Of a stretch of DNA of 64,000 bases, positions 26,626 to 44,176 are shown piece after piece (the first letter of the stretch is position 1; every line of letters starts with the position of its first letter). Source of the stretch: the human T2T-CHM13v2.0 reference genome, Homo sapiens; assembly GCF_009914755.1 (NCBI RefSeq), contig NC_060932.1, one strand, 5' to 3'. The notes under the pieces were generated by a model. The model was not told the origin of the DNA. It did not search any database and worked only from the letters and a program-made list of their open reading frames with translations. The position numbers and the translations under genes were made by a program.

Positions 26626-27852
26626 TACACCTAGAGAGGAAAATAAATAAATTATGTGCATGCCCTTCCTTGTTATATATCTTAGTATCTCTGCCACTGA
26701 CAGGGTTTAATATACCTTTTCCAAAGTTCTTCAGGATTATGTAAGGATTCGTGTGTGAATACAGCACAGAAATGATATAGACTCTGTATGAGATAAATAT
26801 TTCATTTTTAAATTGTCCAACAATTCCTTTCCTCAGACTTACTATATTCCTTGAACACTCGATTTTTTGGTAATAGTCACAACTGCCTCACAAGAAAAAG
26901 TTGCCGTTGCTGTCAGTAATCCAGATTTCTCAAAAATGTAATTTTCTAAAGAAATAAGTCAAATTTTTTTCTGTGAATTTCTTTGCTTAAATATATGTTT
27001 GTTCCAGCCCCTATATGTCAGCCTGCCCTTGTCCTGATGAGCCAGACCTGCTCCAAGCCCTATGCGTCCACCTTTCTTTTTGCCCAACACTTTGACACAA
27101 GTTATCTTTGTTTTTCTCAAGTCAGAATGACTTCAACTCTGGTTAGATTCTCACTTGCTGCATCATAAAGCTGTCCCCAGAATAATTTAGGAAGCATGAG
27201 ATCTCTGTATTTGTAACCCAACAGATGTCTAGGAAGTTAAACTTCCCCTGGGGTATGGTGCCATGTAATTTGGAACTCTTGGAAAGTGGTCCAGTATTTA
27301 TCATTTCTGCTATCACTTCATCCCAGGGGATTAAAGCAGATGCAGCCAATGCCCACTGGGTTTTCTCCTCTCTTGTTCGTTCTTTATAGCCTTCCTTAAC
27401 ACTCAATAATTTTTACTAACAAACTACAGTCCCTTGGCAATACAAATCAAAATAGCACCTGGAATATAACTAATTCTTTCTAAAAAGGTCAAAAGGAGTC
27501 ATTCATGACATATTTCCAATATGCTGCACAAGAAACAAAAGAAAGATGATCTTGCTTTCATTATAGTCAGAATGTTGACAATCCAGAAGTAACACTGCTA
27601 TTATCTGCTAATGATATATTAAATGTATGTATGCCATCTCACCACTCAAAATGAGAATTCATAGGAAAAAAAGGAATATGGATTTTTAACAGGGGTAATT
27701 GAATTTTGCCATCCTTCTAAATACTTTATTAACTAACCTCTAGTATGCTCTTGTTTAAATTGATTTGCATTGTACCAAGTGAATTGTCCACCATCCACCT
27801 GGGACGCAGCATCTTCTTTACTCTTAAAATCCTCTCACCCTGCTCTTTACTT

Positions 27853-27854
<2 letters not shown>

Positions 27855-27889
<35 letters not shown>
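27855..27889. repeat. (AC)17 microsatellite
   Basis: Directly visible uninterrupted run. Confidence 0.95.
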
Positions 27890-27892
<3 letters not shown>

Positions 27893-29579
27893 TCCACAAC
27901 CCTCTGCAATCCAAACTATACAGAACTGACATAAAATTGAGACAAAGGTACAGAAGCCAAGAACCCCATATCATATTTTGTGAGACATAATGCTGTAACC
28001 AACAATGATTTGTGATGTGATTTGTACTTGTTGATTTGCCAAGATGAAACGGACTCAATTCAGAAATTAGAATCTCTGAGTGTAATGAGAACCTGACAAG
28101 CCTTTAACTAGAACAGAAGGAAAAATTATTATCATAGGATCGTAAAATCAACTCTACCAGTATGAACCCTATAGAGGGGCCAAAAATTCTTGGCAATGTT
28201 CTTCAGTCGCAAAACACACAAGATTGATTAGAACAAGAAAAGATACATTATTTCCTCTTCCTGAGCAGTTGTGAGACCAGCTTTGTTTTGAAGATCTTAT
28301 CACATACACACAAAGATTTTCATATTTCTAGGTCATGGTTCTATATAAATAATCATCTGATTCACTTATTAACTGCAAAAGCTATTCAAAGTTAAAATGT
28401 ATAGTGTGTACTAAACAATGTATTTCTTTTGGAACTTTAATGTTTACTACATAGATTTTGAACTTGGGAGTAGTTTTAGGAAAGCTTCCCTTCCTAGAGA
28501 ATTTTTACTTTCCATAGCACTAAAATGAAGCTGTGAAAGTAAAGGACCTTGTTGTCCAGGTCATATATCATGGTCATTCATGTATCACCAGGACCTAGTA
28601 TAAGACCAGGCACTCGGCAGGTGCACAAAAATTTTATGCCCTTCAATAATTAAAGTTTATTGTGGAGGGTACATTGTTTTTTATTTTCACAAATGTTTCA
28701 CTTGTAAGCCAGAGAAGATCAATAAGTCTAGCATTGGAGATTGGTTTAACTCTTTCTTTATATTCCGGTAGTAAGGTGGCATACCAGTTCCAAGGGGAAC
28801 AAAGTGATTCATCAAAAATTAGTGTATCTAATTCTTTCCCTCTAGTTCAGCCAAAGACCAATAAATGAAGAACTTCATGTTGGTTCCTTACGTTTCTAAA
28901 CATCTTTACATACTTCTGTGTGGTCTGAAAACACAATTCACTGGGAAACATTTTTTAAAATGAATGGTTATGATAGCATCCTGGGCTCAACTGTACTATG
29001 ATTCCTATCAGGTGGTGTCTTCTCTAATTTCTCCTGCATGGTTTCTAAACATTAAGCCCTGTTTTCAGTCACGTGAATTTGTACAATAAAATGAGTCGAG
29101 TCATATCAGATCCCTATTTTGACCATATCACTATACAAGGAGTTGCTTTTTCTAAGCTGTGCTAAGAAAGCCTTAGTGGACACCTGCTGTTCAGAGTTTT
29201 CTGTCTTTATCCTCAAAGCTACTCAGAGTGCCTGTGTTTCATTTTAAACATTCTTAGGAATAATACAGCGGAAAGATAATTTCACAAAATATCATCTTAT
29301 CTATGACTGCCCAAACATTGAATTGATGGGTGTTTATCTGCCATACACTTTCCTAGGTTTTTGCCCCTGTGTCACTGTATCAGGTACTGAGACCTGCAGT
29401 GTGGAAAAAGGGGTGATTTGGATGTTGAACTTCCAGAGAACTTCAAGCACCCTATCTTCTGGGGAAAATGATACTAATGAGATGCTATTTTCTTATAACC
29501 TCGTTTTAGGTATCTATGTAGATAAACCAAGACCAAGAGGCTCCCTATGCTGTCCAGCATACTACCTGGAATTCCCACT

Positions 29580-29915
29580 TCCTGGGAATTCCACATGCCC
29601 ACTCTGAATGCAAAGCCTTTCCCCATTCCCTATCCTGCCTTTCCTTGTCTACCTGAAAATGTCTACTCATCTTCCCAGGCTCCAGCTGAAGCTTAGGAAA
29701 CTCTGTTGGTCCTTCGTGACCCTCTCAGTCACCACTACAATTAATCACTCTTGTCTTCATACCAACACTGTGTACCCTGCACAGACATTGAAATTTGATT
29801 ATTCTCTATTAGATTCTGAGATTCTTAATGAAAGAGCCATATAAGTGCATACAAAGTAGAGCATTCTGTCAACATATGACAGGTGCTCAGTAAATACTTG
29901 AGTGAATGAATGAAC
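29580..29915 (+). mobile_element. L2 3' end
   Basis: 'ctactcatcttccc', 'tagattctgagattctt', 'aggtgctcagtaaatacttgagtgaatgaatgaa'. Confidence 0.7.
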
Positions 29916-30199
29916 AAAGCAATCATGAAAATCAAATGAAGCATTAACTCATTCAGTTGCCCTAATAACCTCCTGAATAGTTTACGTTTAGTTGTGAAAA
30001 TGTAGTTGACGTTTTTTAATCTGTCAATATCTGTTGAGATACTTAACAGTAGTAGAAATAAACTAACATAAATATATATTCATTGGTAGGATAGTCATAG
30101 CTAAGGAAACCAAAAGGAAGGGTAAAAACCTTAAGATTCAACAAAAGTCAAAGTCAGAGGAGCTCTTGGGATTTAGATAATTGAGAGATGCCACTGTCA

Positions 30200-31570
30200 G
30201 GATGAATAAGTTTCTGTTGATTTCAGACTTTGTGTCACTAAAATTCCAGGAGGGCACCTGATTGGTCCAGTTTGGATCATGTGCCAACCTTCTACAATGA
30301 GACTGACTCCATTTCCTTTTTCTTTTTTATTTTTCAGGGTATCCAATTATTCTAATTTGCCCAGAACACTTCCACATTTTTTACACTACTTTGAGGTATG
30401 ATGGATATACAAAATGCATGTATATTTAGTGTATGCAAGTTGACAAGTTTAGAGATAAGTATATACTCATGAAAGTATCACCATAATCCATGCCATAAAC
30501 ATATCCATCACCTTCAAGTTTCCTCCCACCCTAATTATTGTCTTTTATTTTTAAATAAGAACAGTTAACATGATATCTACACCATGTTAGCAGAGGTCTA
30601 AGTATCCAATACAGTATCATTAACTATGGGCACCATGCTGCACGATACAACCCTAGGATTTATTCATTTTGCATAACTGACTTTGTACTCTAATATTTCC
30701 CCATTTGTCCCTCTGACAGCCACCATTATCCTCTCTGCACTTCTATGTGTTTGGTTATTTTAGATACTTATAAGTGGTATCATGTAGTATTTACCATTTT
30801 ATGCTTGTTTTATTTCACTTAGCATGATGTTCTCCAGTATCATCCATGTTGCTGCAAATGGCAGCATTTCCCTATTTTTAAGTCTGAGTAATATATCATT
30901 ATAAGTATATATCATAGTTTATCAATTACATGTATCAGTGGGCATTTAGGTTGTTTCCAGGTCCTACAGTGAACAATAATGCAGTGAGCTTGGCAGTGCA
31001 GCTATCTCTTCAAGACCCTGATTTCAATTTCTTTGAATATATGCTCAGAAGTGGGACTGTTGGATCATATGGTGCTTCTGTTTAAAATATTCATAAACCA
31101 CATATCTGATACAGGGTTAATATCCAAAATATATAAGGAACTCTTACAACCCAAAAGGAAAAACACAAATAACCCAATTATAGAATGGGCTAAAGAATTG
31201 AAAAGACATCTGTTCGAAGAAGACATACAAAAGGCCAACATGTATATGAAAATCTGCTCAGCATCACTAATTATCAGGGGAGTGCAAATCAAAACCATCA
31301 TGATATCACCTCAAACCTGTTATAATGGCCATTATCAAAAAGACAAAAGATAACAAGTGTGGGATGATTAAGTGGAGAAAAGGGAACCCCGTACACTGTT
31401 GCCGGGATTGGAAATTGGTGCAGCCACTATGATAAACAGTCTAGAGGGTCCTAAAAATATTACAAATGAATCAGCTTTCCGGATTGTGCCACATGCACTT
31501 TAGGATGGAGGAGGAATGTTTATTCAAAGAAAAACTAGTCTGCTGTTACGAAAAAGAAGGTAGAATAGAA
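30200..31570 (-). mobile_element. Old MLT1 (J/K/L-like) LTR split by an L1MA insertion (pieces ~30200-30300 and ~31470-31570)
   Basis: 'ggagggcacctgattggtccagtttggatcatgtgcc' and later 'caaagaaaaactagtctgctgttacgaaaaagaagg' are consecutive MLT1 motifs. Confidence 0.5.
30377..31467 (-). mobile_element. L1MA10/L1MB1-like element with 5' inversion (minus 30377-31083; inverted plus segment 31084-31467)
   Basis: Antisense 3' end runs to 'ggatcatatggtgcttctgttt', then switches to sense ORF2 'aaaatattcataaaccacatatctgatacagggttaatatccaaaa...gtcctaaaaatattacaaat'. Confidence 0.85.
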
Positions 31571-31674
31571 ATTTGATTTTTAAAAATGCCCTCATCACCT
31601 GGGCACTAGCCCGGGTCTACTTTTGCTTGAGTATTCTATCTTTTATTCTTCTTCTGATAGTTTATTATTTAATG

Positions 31675-33060
31675 TTTTATTCAATAAATATGTATTAAGA
31701 ACCTAAAATACCAGGAATCATTCAAGGCCTGAGAATACAGCAATGAATGAATATGACACATACCCTGCTTTTATAGATCTTACATTTCAATGGAAGGACA
31801 TAGACAATTAACAAATACATTACACAGGTTGAGCATCCTAATAAAAAGTCTGAAATCCAAAATGCTCCAAAATCCAAAATGTTTTGACCACTGACATGAC
31901 AACATAAGGAGAAAATGTCTACACCCGACCTCTTGTGATGGGATGCAGCCAAAACTTGGTTTAATGCACAAAATTATTTAAAATATTGTATCAAGTTACC
32001 TTCAGGCTATGTGTATAAGGTATATATAAAATATAAACTTCGTATTTAAACTTGGGTTCCCTCCCCCAAGGTACCTCATTACGTAAATGCAAATATTCCA
32101 AGATCCAAAACACCTCTAGTCTCAAGCATTTTGAATAAGGGACAGTCAACCTGTATGCCATGTAAAAATTAGCAAAATAGAGAAAAATCAATCAGAGAAA
32201 GGTGAAAAGAACAATGCTGCAGGATGCATGTAGTTGATATTTCATAAAAGATAGGGAAGGTCTCTCTGATATGGTATTATTTCAGCAAGAACAGATGGAA
32301 AGTCATGCAGATGGCTGGGGCAGAGGGTTGGGATTTAGGCAGATGAAGCCAGTGGTGAGAATACTGGAAATTTAAAGTAACAGTGAAGAGGTCAGTGTGT
32401 CTGGAATGGAGCGAGGAAGTGAACAGTTACAGGAGAAGGACAATAGGGTTAGCAACAAATCAAAATCATATAAGGTATTAATTCTCAGTGACTTTGGTAA
32501 ATAATTTGACTTTTATTCTGAGTAAAATGGGAATTTGTGGGACTATTTGGAAGTAGAGTGAAAGGAAGGAAGGAATAGATTATTAAACATATTGGGGGAT
32601 AGCATTAACAGGATTTGCTGACAGATTAGATTTCAATGCAAGGAAATATTTAGCTTGATCAACTTTAATGATGAGCTTGCATTTATTGAGAAAGAAAGAA
32701 TGTAGAATATAGAAAGAGGAATTTGGGAGGCAGAGTGTAGGGCAGGAATCATGATTTCAGTTATGAACACGCTGATTTTGAAATGTCTGTTGTATATCGA
32801 AGGGAAGATATCCAGTAGACAGAAGGGAGCGTCCATTCACGCGGAAAGGTCTGGCCTGAAGATACAAATACGTAAAATTATCAGGGAAAAAGCTTTTAAA
32901 GTTATTAGACTGGATGAAATACTCTCTTATGTAATTATAGAGAAGAAAGCATATCTGAAAAAATGAACTTTAAGATCCTTCCAATTTTAGATGTTAGGTA
33001 TCAGAGAACAGCCCATCAAAGAAGGCCAAGAAATAGGGGCTGATGTCAGTGAAGTAAGAC
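31675..33060 (-). mobile_element. L2 LINE, interrupted by Tigger4
   Basis: 'ttattcaataaatatgtattaag', 'gaagaggtcagtgtgtctggaatggag', 'acaggatttgctgacagattaga', 'gaaaggtctggcctgaagatac'. Confidence 0.75.
31825..32153. mobile_element. Tigger4 (MER46-type) non-autonomous DNA transposon
   Basis: Terminal inverted repeats 'caggttgagcatcc' ... 'gggacagtcaacctg', followed by TA; internal 'ttaccttcaggctatgtgtataagg'. Confidence 0.85.
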
Positions 33061-33099
33061 TACGAGATGACCCAGAAGCCCCCCACCCCCCAAAAAAAG

Positions 33100-33950
33100 A
33101 GGGAAGGAGGCAAGTACTGGCTGGAATGTCAAATGTTGTAGCCACTTTGGAAATAGTTTGGCATATTCTGGAAAAGTTAATACAAATTACATGATCCAGC
33201 AATTACTCTCCTAGGTAGCTACCTGATAAAATTTATTTAATTTTTTATTTATTTAGTTTTTGGAGACGGAGTCTTGCTCTGTCACCCAGACTGGAGTGCA
33301 GTGTTGTTGTCTCGGCTCACTGCAACCTACGCCTCCTAGGTTCGAATGATTCTCATGCCGTAGTCTCCCAAGTAGCTGGGATTCCAGGCGCAGACCAGCA
33401 TGCCTGGCTAATTTTTTCTACTTTTACCAGAGAGGGGGTTTCACCAGGTTGGCACCAGGTTGACAAAGGGAAGACACTAGTGTTTATAGCATAATTATTC
33501 ATAAATGTCAAAAAGTAGGAACAATCCAAATGTCCATCAACTAATCCATGGACAAATAAATATGGTATACGTCTAAAATTGAATACTATTTGGCAATAAA
33601 GAGTAACAAAGAACTGATACATGCTAAAACATACATAAACCTCAAAAACATACTAAGTAAAAGAGACAAAAATGCCACATACATCATATGATTCCATTTA
33701 TGCGAAATTCAAGAAAAGGCAAATCTATATAGACAGAAAGTAGTTTAATGGCTGTCTGGGGCTGGGAGTGAAATGGGAGTAACTTACTGATAGATACACA
33801 CGACATTTTGGGGGTAATAAAAATTTTCTAAAATTGGATGGTGGTGATGTTTGCACAACTCAGTAAATTTTATAAAATTTATTGAATTGTACACTTAAAA
33901 TTGGTGCATTTTATTTTCTGAAACATATATACTCCAATACACCTGTTAAA
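33100..33950 (+). mobile_element. L1MB/ME-like 3' end interrupted by an Alu
   Basis: 'gccactttggaaatagtttggca', 'atgatccagcaattactctcctagg', 'ggcaaatctatatagacagaaagtag', 'gaattgtacacttaaaa'. Confidence 0.8.
33231..33452 (-). mobile_element. 5'-truncated Alu
   Basis: Antisense right arm plus part of the left arm; stops at 'tttcaccaggttgg'. Confidence 0.9.
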
Positions 33951-34801
33951 AGAGGAAGTAGTTGATCTTGCCAAAATTTTTTAGAGAGGACAAGTTACAT
34001 AAAGAATGATATTTATTTGAGCTTAGAATTTCACAACATGGAGTTACCAGTATAGTTTACAAGAGTTATCTGCATGGTCCTGTTGGAACAAATATTTGCT
34101 TTTATTGTTGAAAAGATAATGGGAGACTAAACATTGAAAGATATCAACCATGCCTCAAGTTAGTTTATTGGATTAAGATGAAGTATTCCATTACATCTGC
34201 CTAACAAAAGCTAAAGAAAATTCACTTTGATAAACAACCACACTCTTCAAAATTTTTCATGTGCAATGTCTAACAGTCTAAAATTACCAAGCATGTCAAG
34301 ACAGTATCAACAGACAATACACATATTAGAAACAGACTTACATTCTAGAGTTGAAGATACTAGCTACATTTAAAATAGCACTGATTAATCTTCAGAAAAA
34401 AAGATAAAAAGGTAAAGAATTTCAACAGGTAACTGAAATTTATAAAACAAAATAATTGTAATTATAGAATTTAATAAAATAACTGAAACTCAACACTTGT
34501 ATTTGTCAGCAGATTAAACAGAGTATTAGTGATCTCAAATATTGGTTGTCAGAAAAGATACAGATCTCTCCAACATTGAGAGAAAAAAAGAGAGAATAAA
34601 GAAAATAATCTGAGTCACATGGGACACAAGGAAATGCTCTAACATGTTTGTATTATTAAAGTCCCAGACAGGAAGAAAAAAAAAAGGATAGAAGCATTAC
34701 ACAAATATTTTTGAAAATGTACAAAACTGAAGAAAGACATTGACACATTGGCCCTCTCAGGTTGAGGAAGCTCTGTGAACTACTAGAACAAAAATGAGAC
34801 A

Positions 34802-34960
34802 AATATATGTGTGTGTGTGTATATATATTGTGCATACATGTATTGTGTGTGTGTATATATTGTGCATACATATACATACATATATATGCACTATATATGT
34901 GTATACACATACATTTTCATACAGACAATACATACATACAGAATATATAATATATACATA
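34802..34960. repeat. Compound (TA/TG/CA)n alternating purine-pyrimidine microsatellite
   Basis: Directly visible. Confidence 0.9.
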
Positions 34961-34999
34961 TTCTCATCAAGGAATATTATACTGGTGAAACCTGAAGAC

Positions 35000-35357
35000 A
35001 AATATTGTATGAAGTTACCTTCAGGCTATGTGTTTAATGGTGTATATTTAGACTTGGGTTCCCTCCCCAAGATACCTCATTTTGTATGTGCAAATATTCC
35101 AAAATCCAAAACACCTCTAGTCTCAAGCATCTTGAATAAGGGACAGTCAACCTGTATGCCATGTAAAAATTAGTGAAATAGAGAAAAATCAATCAGAGAA
35201 AGGTAAAAAGTACAAGGCTGAAGGATGCACACAGTTGATATTTCATAAAACATAGGAAAGTTCTCTCTGATATGGTGATATTTCAGCAAGAAGAGATGGA
35301 AAGTCATGCAAACGGCTGGGGCAGAGGGGATGGTCGGGGGGGTTTCGGCAGATGAAG
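35000..35357 (+). repeat. Dispersed duplicate of 31981-32348 (Tigger4 end plus flanking L2)
   Basis: About 90% identity by manual alignment; flanked by 'tgaagacaaa' at 34993-35002 and 35353-35362. Confidence 0.92.
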
Positions 35358-37291
35358 ACAAAGAAAAAACGTGAAAACATACACAGGAAAAAAATGCACA
35401 TGGCCTTAAAGGGGCAACAGTTAGATTTATGGTTGATTTCTTAACAGAAATGATGGAAGCCAGAATGCAATGGAATTGCAAATTTAACTTCTGAAAAAAA
35501 AATCTCCCTACCTAGAAATCTATGATGAGCAAAAAATATTCTACAAAATATATAAAAAATAAAGATGAACAAGTAAACGTTCCTCACCAACCACATATTA
35601 AATGACATGCTGAAAACTAGTTTTCAAATAGAAGCAACTCAAATGCAAAAGGATGCACACAAATTTAAAGACCAAAGAGAAATGGAAAAAGAAAACATTT
35701 GGCTAAATCTAAATCAATAACAGAAAATAGTAAATGAAATAAAAATCATAGTAATAATGGAGTTTAGGTAAATATAAAATACATAACCACAATAGAACAC
35801 AACAGTTACTGAAGGAGTCTTTATATCGTACAGAAATATTGAAAGTTTATGTTTTTCATTATATTTGAATGTGATGAGTATTAAGACTGTTGTTTTGAGG
35901 AATAGCCTCTAGGGTAGCCACTAAAATGATAATGAAAGAATTCATTAATAAAGAGATAAGAAATGAAATACTTTCAAAATATTTTATTAATCCAAAAGAA
36001 GTCAATGAAAGGATAGGCAAATAAACACACACAGATTTGGTAAACAAAATAAACACAAAATAGCACATAGATCTGAATATATAGGTGACTAAACTGGCAT
36101 ATCTCCTAATACTTTAATTAATATACAAAGATTAGAAGACTGTTAGAAACCACAAAGACTTAACCATGCTTAAAATATAAGGACGCAGATTAAAAAGGAT
36201 AGAAATGTATACCATGAAACATAAATTTTTTTAAAAGGTAGTGAGCTCTATTAACATTAGAGTAGTCTTATAGCAAAACACCATTCTGGTGACAGAAAGG
36301 AATATTTTGTAATAAAAAAGTAATTCCAACAAAAATATGCAAATTATAAATTTTTATGCATATAATCATGTAGCTGTGAAATATATTAAGCAAATTTAAC
36401 AAATCCACAGCATTTTTTACATACCTCCCACAGTAATTGATGGAAGAAGCAGAGAAATTAAAGAAACAGATGATTTGAAAAAACAAAATTAATAAGTACC
36501 ATGTAGAAATTATAATATCCAATAATTACAGAATATACATTTTAGATAAGACATTAATCAAAAGTGATTTATCTAGGAACATAAAGCAAATTAGCAAAAT
36601 TTCAAATGATTACCATAACACAGAGTGTGTTCTCAGATTCCTGTGAACTTAAATTAGAGAAGAATGTTAGAAATATAACTTAAAACATCCCAAATAATTG
36701 GAAATACAACAATGCACATTTTCAGAAAGCTCTTTGTCAAAGAAAAATCCTAAAGGGAAATATAAAAATATTTAGAAAAAGCTAATGGTAATTAGTCATA
36801 TTATGGGAAGCAGCTAAAGAGTAAACAAGAGTAAACATGCAACCTTAAGTTCATACATTACAAAGGACTAAATTACAATCAGAAAGAACAAAAAGTAGAA
36901 GGGGGAAAATAATAAAGACGAAACTTCAATGACACAGAAAATAAATATAGAAAAAGGCACCAAAGCTACATGTTTCTTCTTTGAAAAATTCATATGTATA
37001 TGCTTTTAGCAAAACTGATGCAAAACAAAAATAGAAGGTATCAATTACCAGCACCAGAAATGAAAAAACAAAGACACCAGTACAGACCCTATATATGTAT
37101 CATACTGCCATGAAAATAGTTATGAGCAAGTCTTTGCCAATAAATTTAAACCAATAAAATTGACACTTTTTAAAGAAAAGCACAAATAAACTTACTATTA
37201 ATTTTTAGAAATTATTTTCTCTATGCATTAAAATTTAAATATATAGCCTAAAACTTTTCAAATAAAATATTTTGATAAAAACCTTGTCTGA

Positions 37292-37580
<289 letters not shown>

Positions 37581-39667
37581 GTAAACTTAATCAAAAGGAC
37601 ATCATAAGCGAATTCATCCAAACTTCCAAGTAAGAAATAAAGTCAAGCATTTAGAGAAACTAAAAAAAATAGAGTAATTCCAATTTTTAATTTGCAAGGC
37701 CAGAATAGCTTATTGCTAAAAATGGATGAGAGCACAATAAAGCGGAATTCAAGGGAAACTTTCTCTCATGAACATGAATACACATTTCCTCCACAAAATA
37801 ATAGCAAATAAATTCTGCTGTCACATCATTCCTGGGCATCTGTCAGTTTTAAGTGCAAAGCAAGGGGTAAGAATCCAAGGCTACTGTTGCACATCTGAGA
37901 AACCAGCGGAGCTTTGGGCCATTTCCCAGGGCTGGAAAGACACAAATGAATTCTTGAGGGACTATAAATAAATTGGCATTGCACTGTAAGACATCTAATG
38001 TATTTTGAAGCTGCACGGGTGGGAAACTAAACTCTAAGGCGATAGCCTCTGAAAAACAAGCAGAATTGTCCAGATTCCCCTGTGCAAAAAAATTAGAGCT
38101 CAAGAAAGACCCCTTGAACATGCCAGGCTCTCAGCCCTAGAGTGAATGTCATCACTTCTATGCCTTAGGAGTAGGGGCAAGTCAGAGACAGACTATGCCC
38201 TACCAAAACAATAACCCTATCTCTAGTCAACCCAGGTACCAATTTTGACTCAGTCTTTCTTCCTAGCAGAGGAGACAGCAAATCCTCCAGGGAAGTCTAC
38301 ATTATTTAGTCTTCTTCATTCAATAAAAATGAATAAGCATGCCAGGAGCAAAGAGCAGGAAACCAACCACCAAAAATGATAGTTTACATAGATCCATAAT
38401 CCATCGATATACTGAACTTAAAAGACAGGGACTTAAAATAATTATAATATGTTCCAGAGAGGAAAAGATAAAAATTTGGAAAATCTCCCAAGAGAATTAC
38501 ACATTAAACAAAAATAAAAGGTGATTCTTTGAGAATATAAGTACATAACTGGAAAACACCACCTAGCCAACAACAAGAAAAGCAGAGAAAACACAAATTA
38601 CTAACATCAAGAATGATAAGAGAATATCAGCAAAATATAAACATTAAATATAATGAACATATTATAAACTATACATAATTTTGAAAATATAGTTCAAATA
38701 AATTCCATTAAAATTGCATTTAAAAAACACATACAATAGAAAGTCTTGTTGTTTATAATGTTGTTAAAAAAATTTACTCATAGTTAAAAATATTTTTAAA
38801 AAGAAAACTCCAGATCCAGGTGTCTTCACCAGTAAATTTCTCTAGTAACTGAAGAAATAATATCTAACCAACTTGTTCAGTTAATTGGAAAAAAAGAGAG
38901 GACTTCCCAAAATTTTTTGTGGTGAATGTCTTGATAGTTGCAGACAAAGTGCTTCATAAAGTTGAAAAATCATTTATGATTTTACAAAATATCAAATAAT
39001 AAAAAGCGATTGATTTAATCTTTTTAAAAATCCACACTAATACTTACAGAATACATCATATTCAGTGATGAGTGATAGAAAGTTTTCTAGATGAACGTGA
39101 ACCAGGAGGTTTACCGTCACTATTATTAGTTAACCTTTTCCTGGGAAGTCTAGCCAATACAATAAAATAAAATGAAAAGCCTAAGGATTAGAAATAGAAA
39201 AAAAAATAAATGTCACTTTTCCCACATGACATTTTTGTATTCATAAAAATCCAAAAGAAACTGGAAACAAAGTATTAGAATTAATAAATTTGGCAAGGTT
39301 TCTGACTGTGTTAATATAAAAATTCAATGAAATTTTTATGTAACATGAACTGGAAAATAAATTGTAAATGTCATCATTACAAAACTTCTAAAATACATCA
39401 AATAACAAAAGAAGCACATAATCTCTACACACAAAAAATGTGAAATATAAATGAGAGAAATCTAAGAAGACCTAAATAGAGGGATATACCATATTTATGT
39501 ATTATAAGACTGGTGTAAAAATATTCCTCCCCTCCAAATTGTCTATATAATCAATGCAATCTCAATACAACTTTCAATAGAATACTTTTTTATAAAATGA
39601 AAATTCGATTCTAAAATTTATACAAATATATGAAGAGCTAAGAAAATTCAAGATGATCTTAAAACAG

Positions 39668-39799
39668 AAAGAAGTGATAAATGTTTGAGATGATGGATAT
39701 GCTAATTACCCTCATCTGATTATTATACATTATACGTATTGAAGCAACTTTATGTACCCCATGAATATGTACCATTATTATTTCATCCATTTAAAAAAA
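39668..39799 (+). mobile_element. Short L1MA (MA3/4-like) 3' end
   Basis: 'gataaatgtttgagatgatggatatgctaattaccct...tgtaccccatgaatatgtac' followed by an A-tail. Confidence 0.8.
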
Positions 39800-39810
39800 T
39801 AGAATTGTAA

Positions 39811-43673
<3,863 letters not shown>

Positions 43674-44160
43674 AATAGAATTGTAAAAATAAAGAGAAAA
43701 TAGAATATCAAGATGGAAGACTTACACTACAAACTATCAAAATAATTATAAAGCTGCTGTAATTAAGACAGGGTGGTATTGGCACAAAGTGGGACAAATG
43801 GATGCCAGAAGTAGAATAAGAATTCAAAACTTAGCCCTCACATATACAGTCTCCTGTATTTTGAAAAAATTCTCAATCGAGAGCAGTAGGGAAAAAAATT
43901 ACATTTTCTGTAAATGGTTCTGGAGCAAATGCATATACAAGGAGAAAAATAACTTTGACCTCTACTTCGCTCCACTTCCAGGGTGATTCTAGATCTACAT
44001 ATAAATGGCAAGGCAATCTGGAGAATCAGAATGCAAAAATACTCTAAAAATAGATGAAAGGGCTGGTATACAGCCATGTGCCACATAATGACGTTGTAGT
44101 CAATGATGGGCAGCATATACCACAGAGGTCCCATAAGATTATAATGGAGCTGAAAAATTC

Positions 44161-44176
44161 CTGCCACCTAGTGGCC
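44161..44176 (-). promoter_or_regulatory. Candidate CTCF-binding motif
   Basis: Minus strand GGCCACTAGGTGGCAG matches the CTCF core CCA(C/G)(C/T)AG(G/A)(G/T)GGC(A/G); motif only, no binding data. Confidence 0.45.

Noticed and set aside
27143-27406. Minus-strand 87-aa ORF with a donor-like site (caa|gtgaga)
   Set aside because: Non-ATG start, no recognisable homology and no convincing acceptor; compatible with chance.
30336-30372. Possible MER94/hAT-Blackjack terminus or splice acceptor
   Set aside because: Too short and degenerate to support either call.
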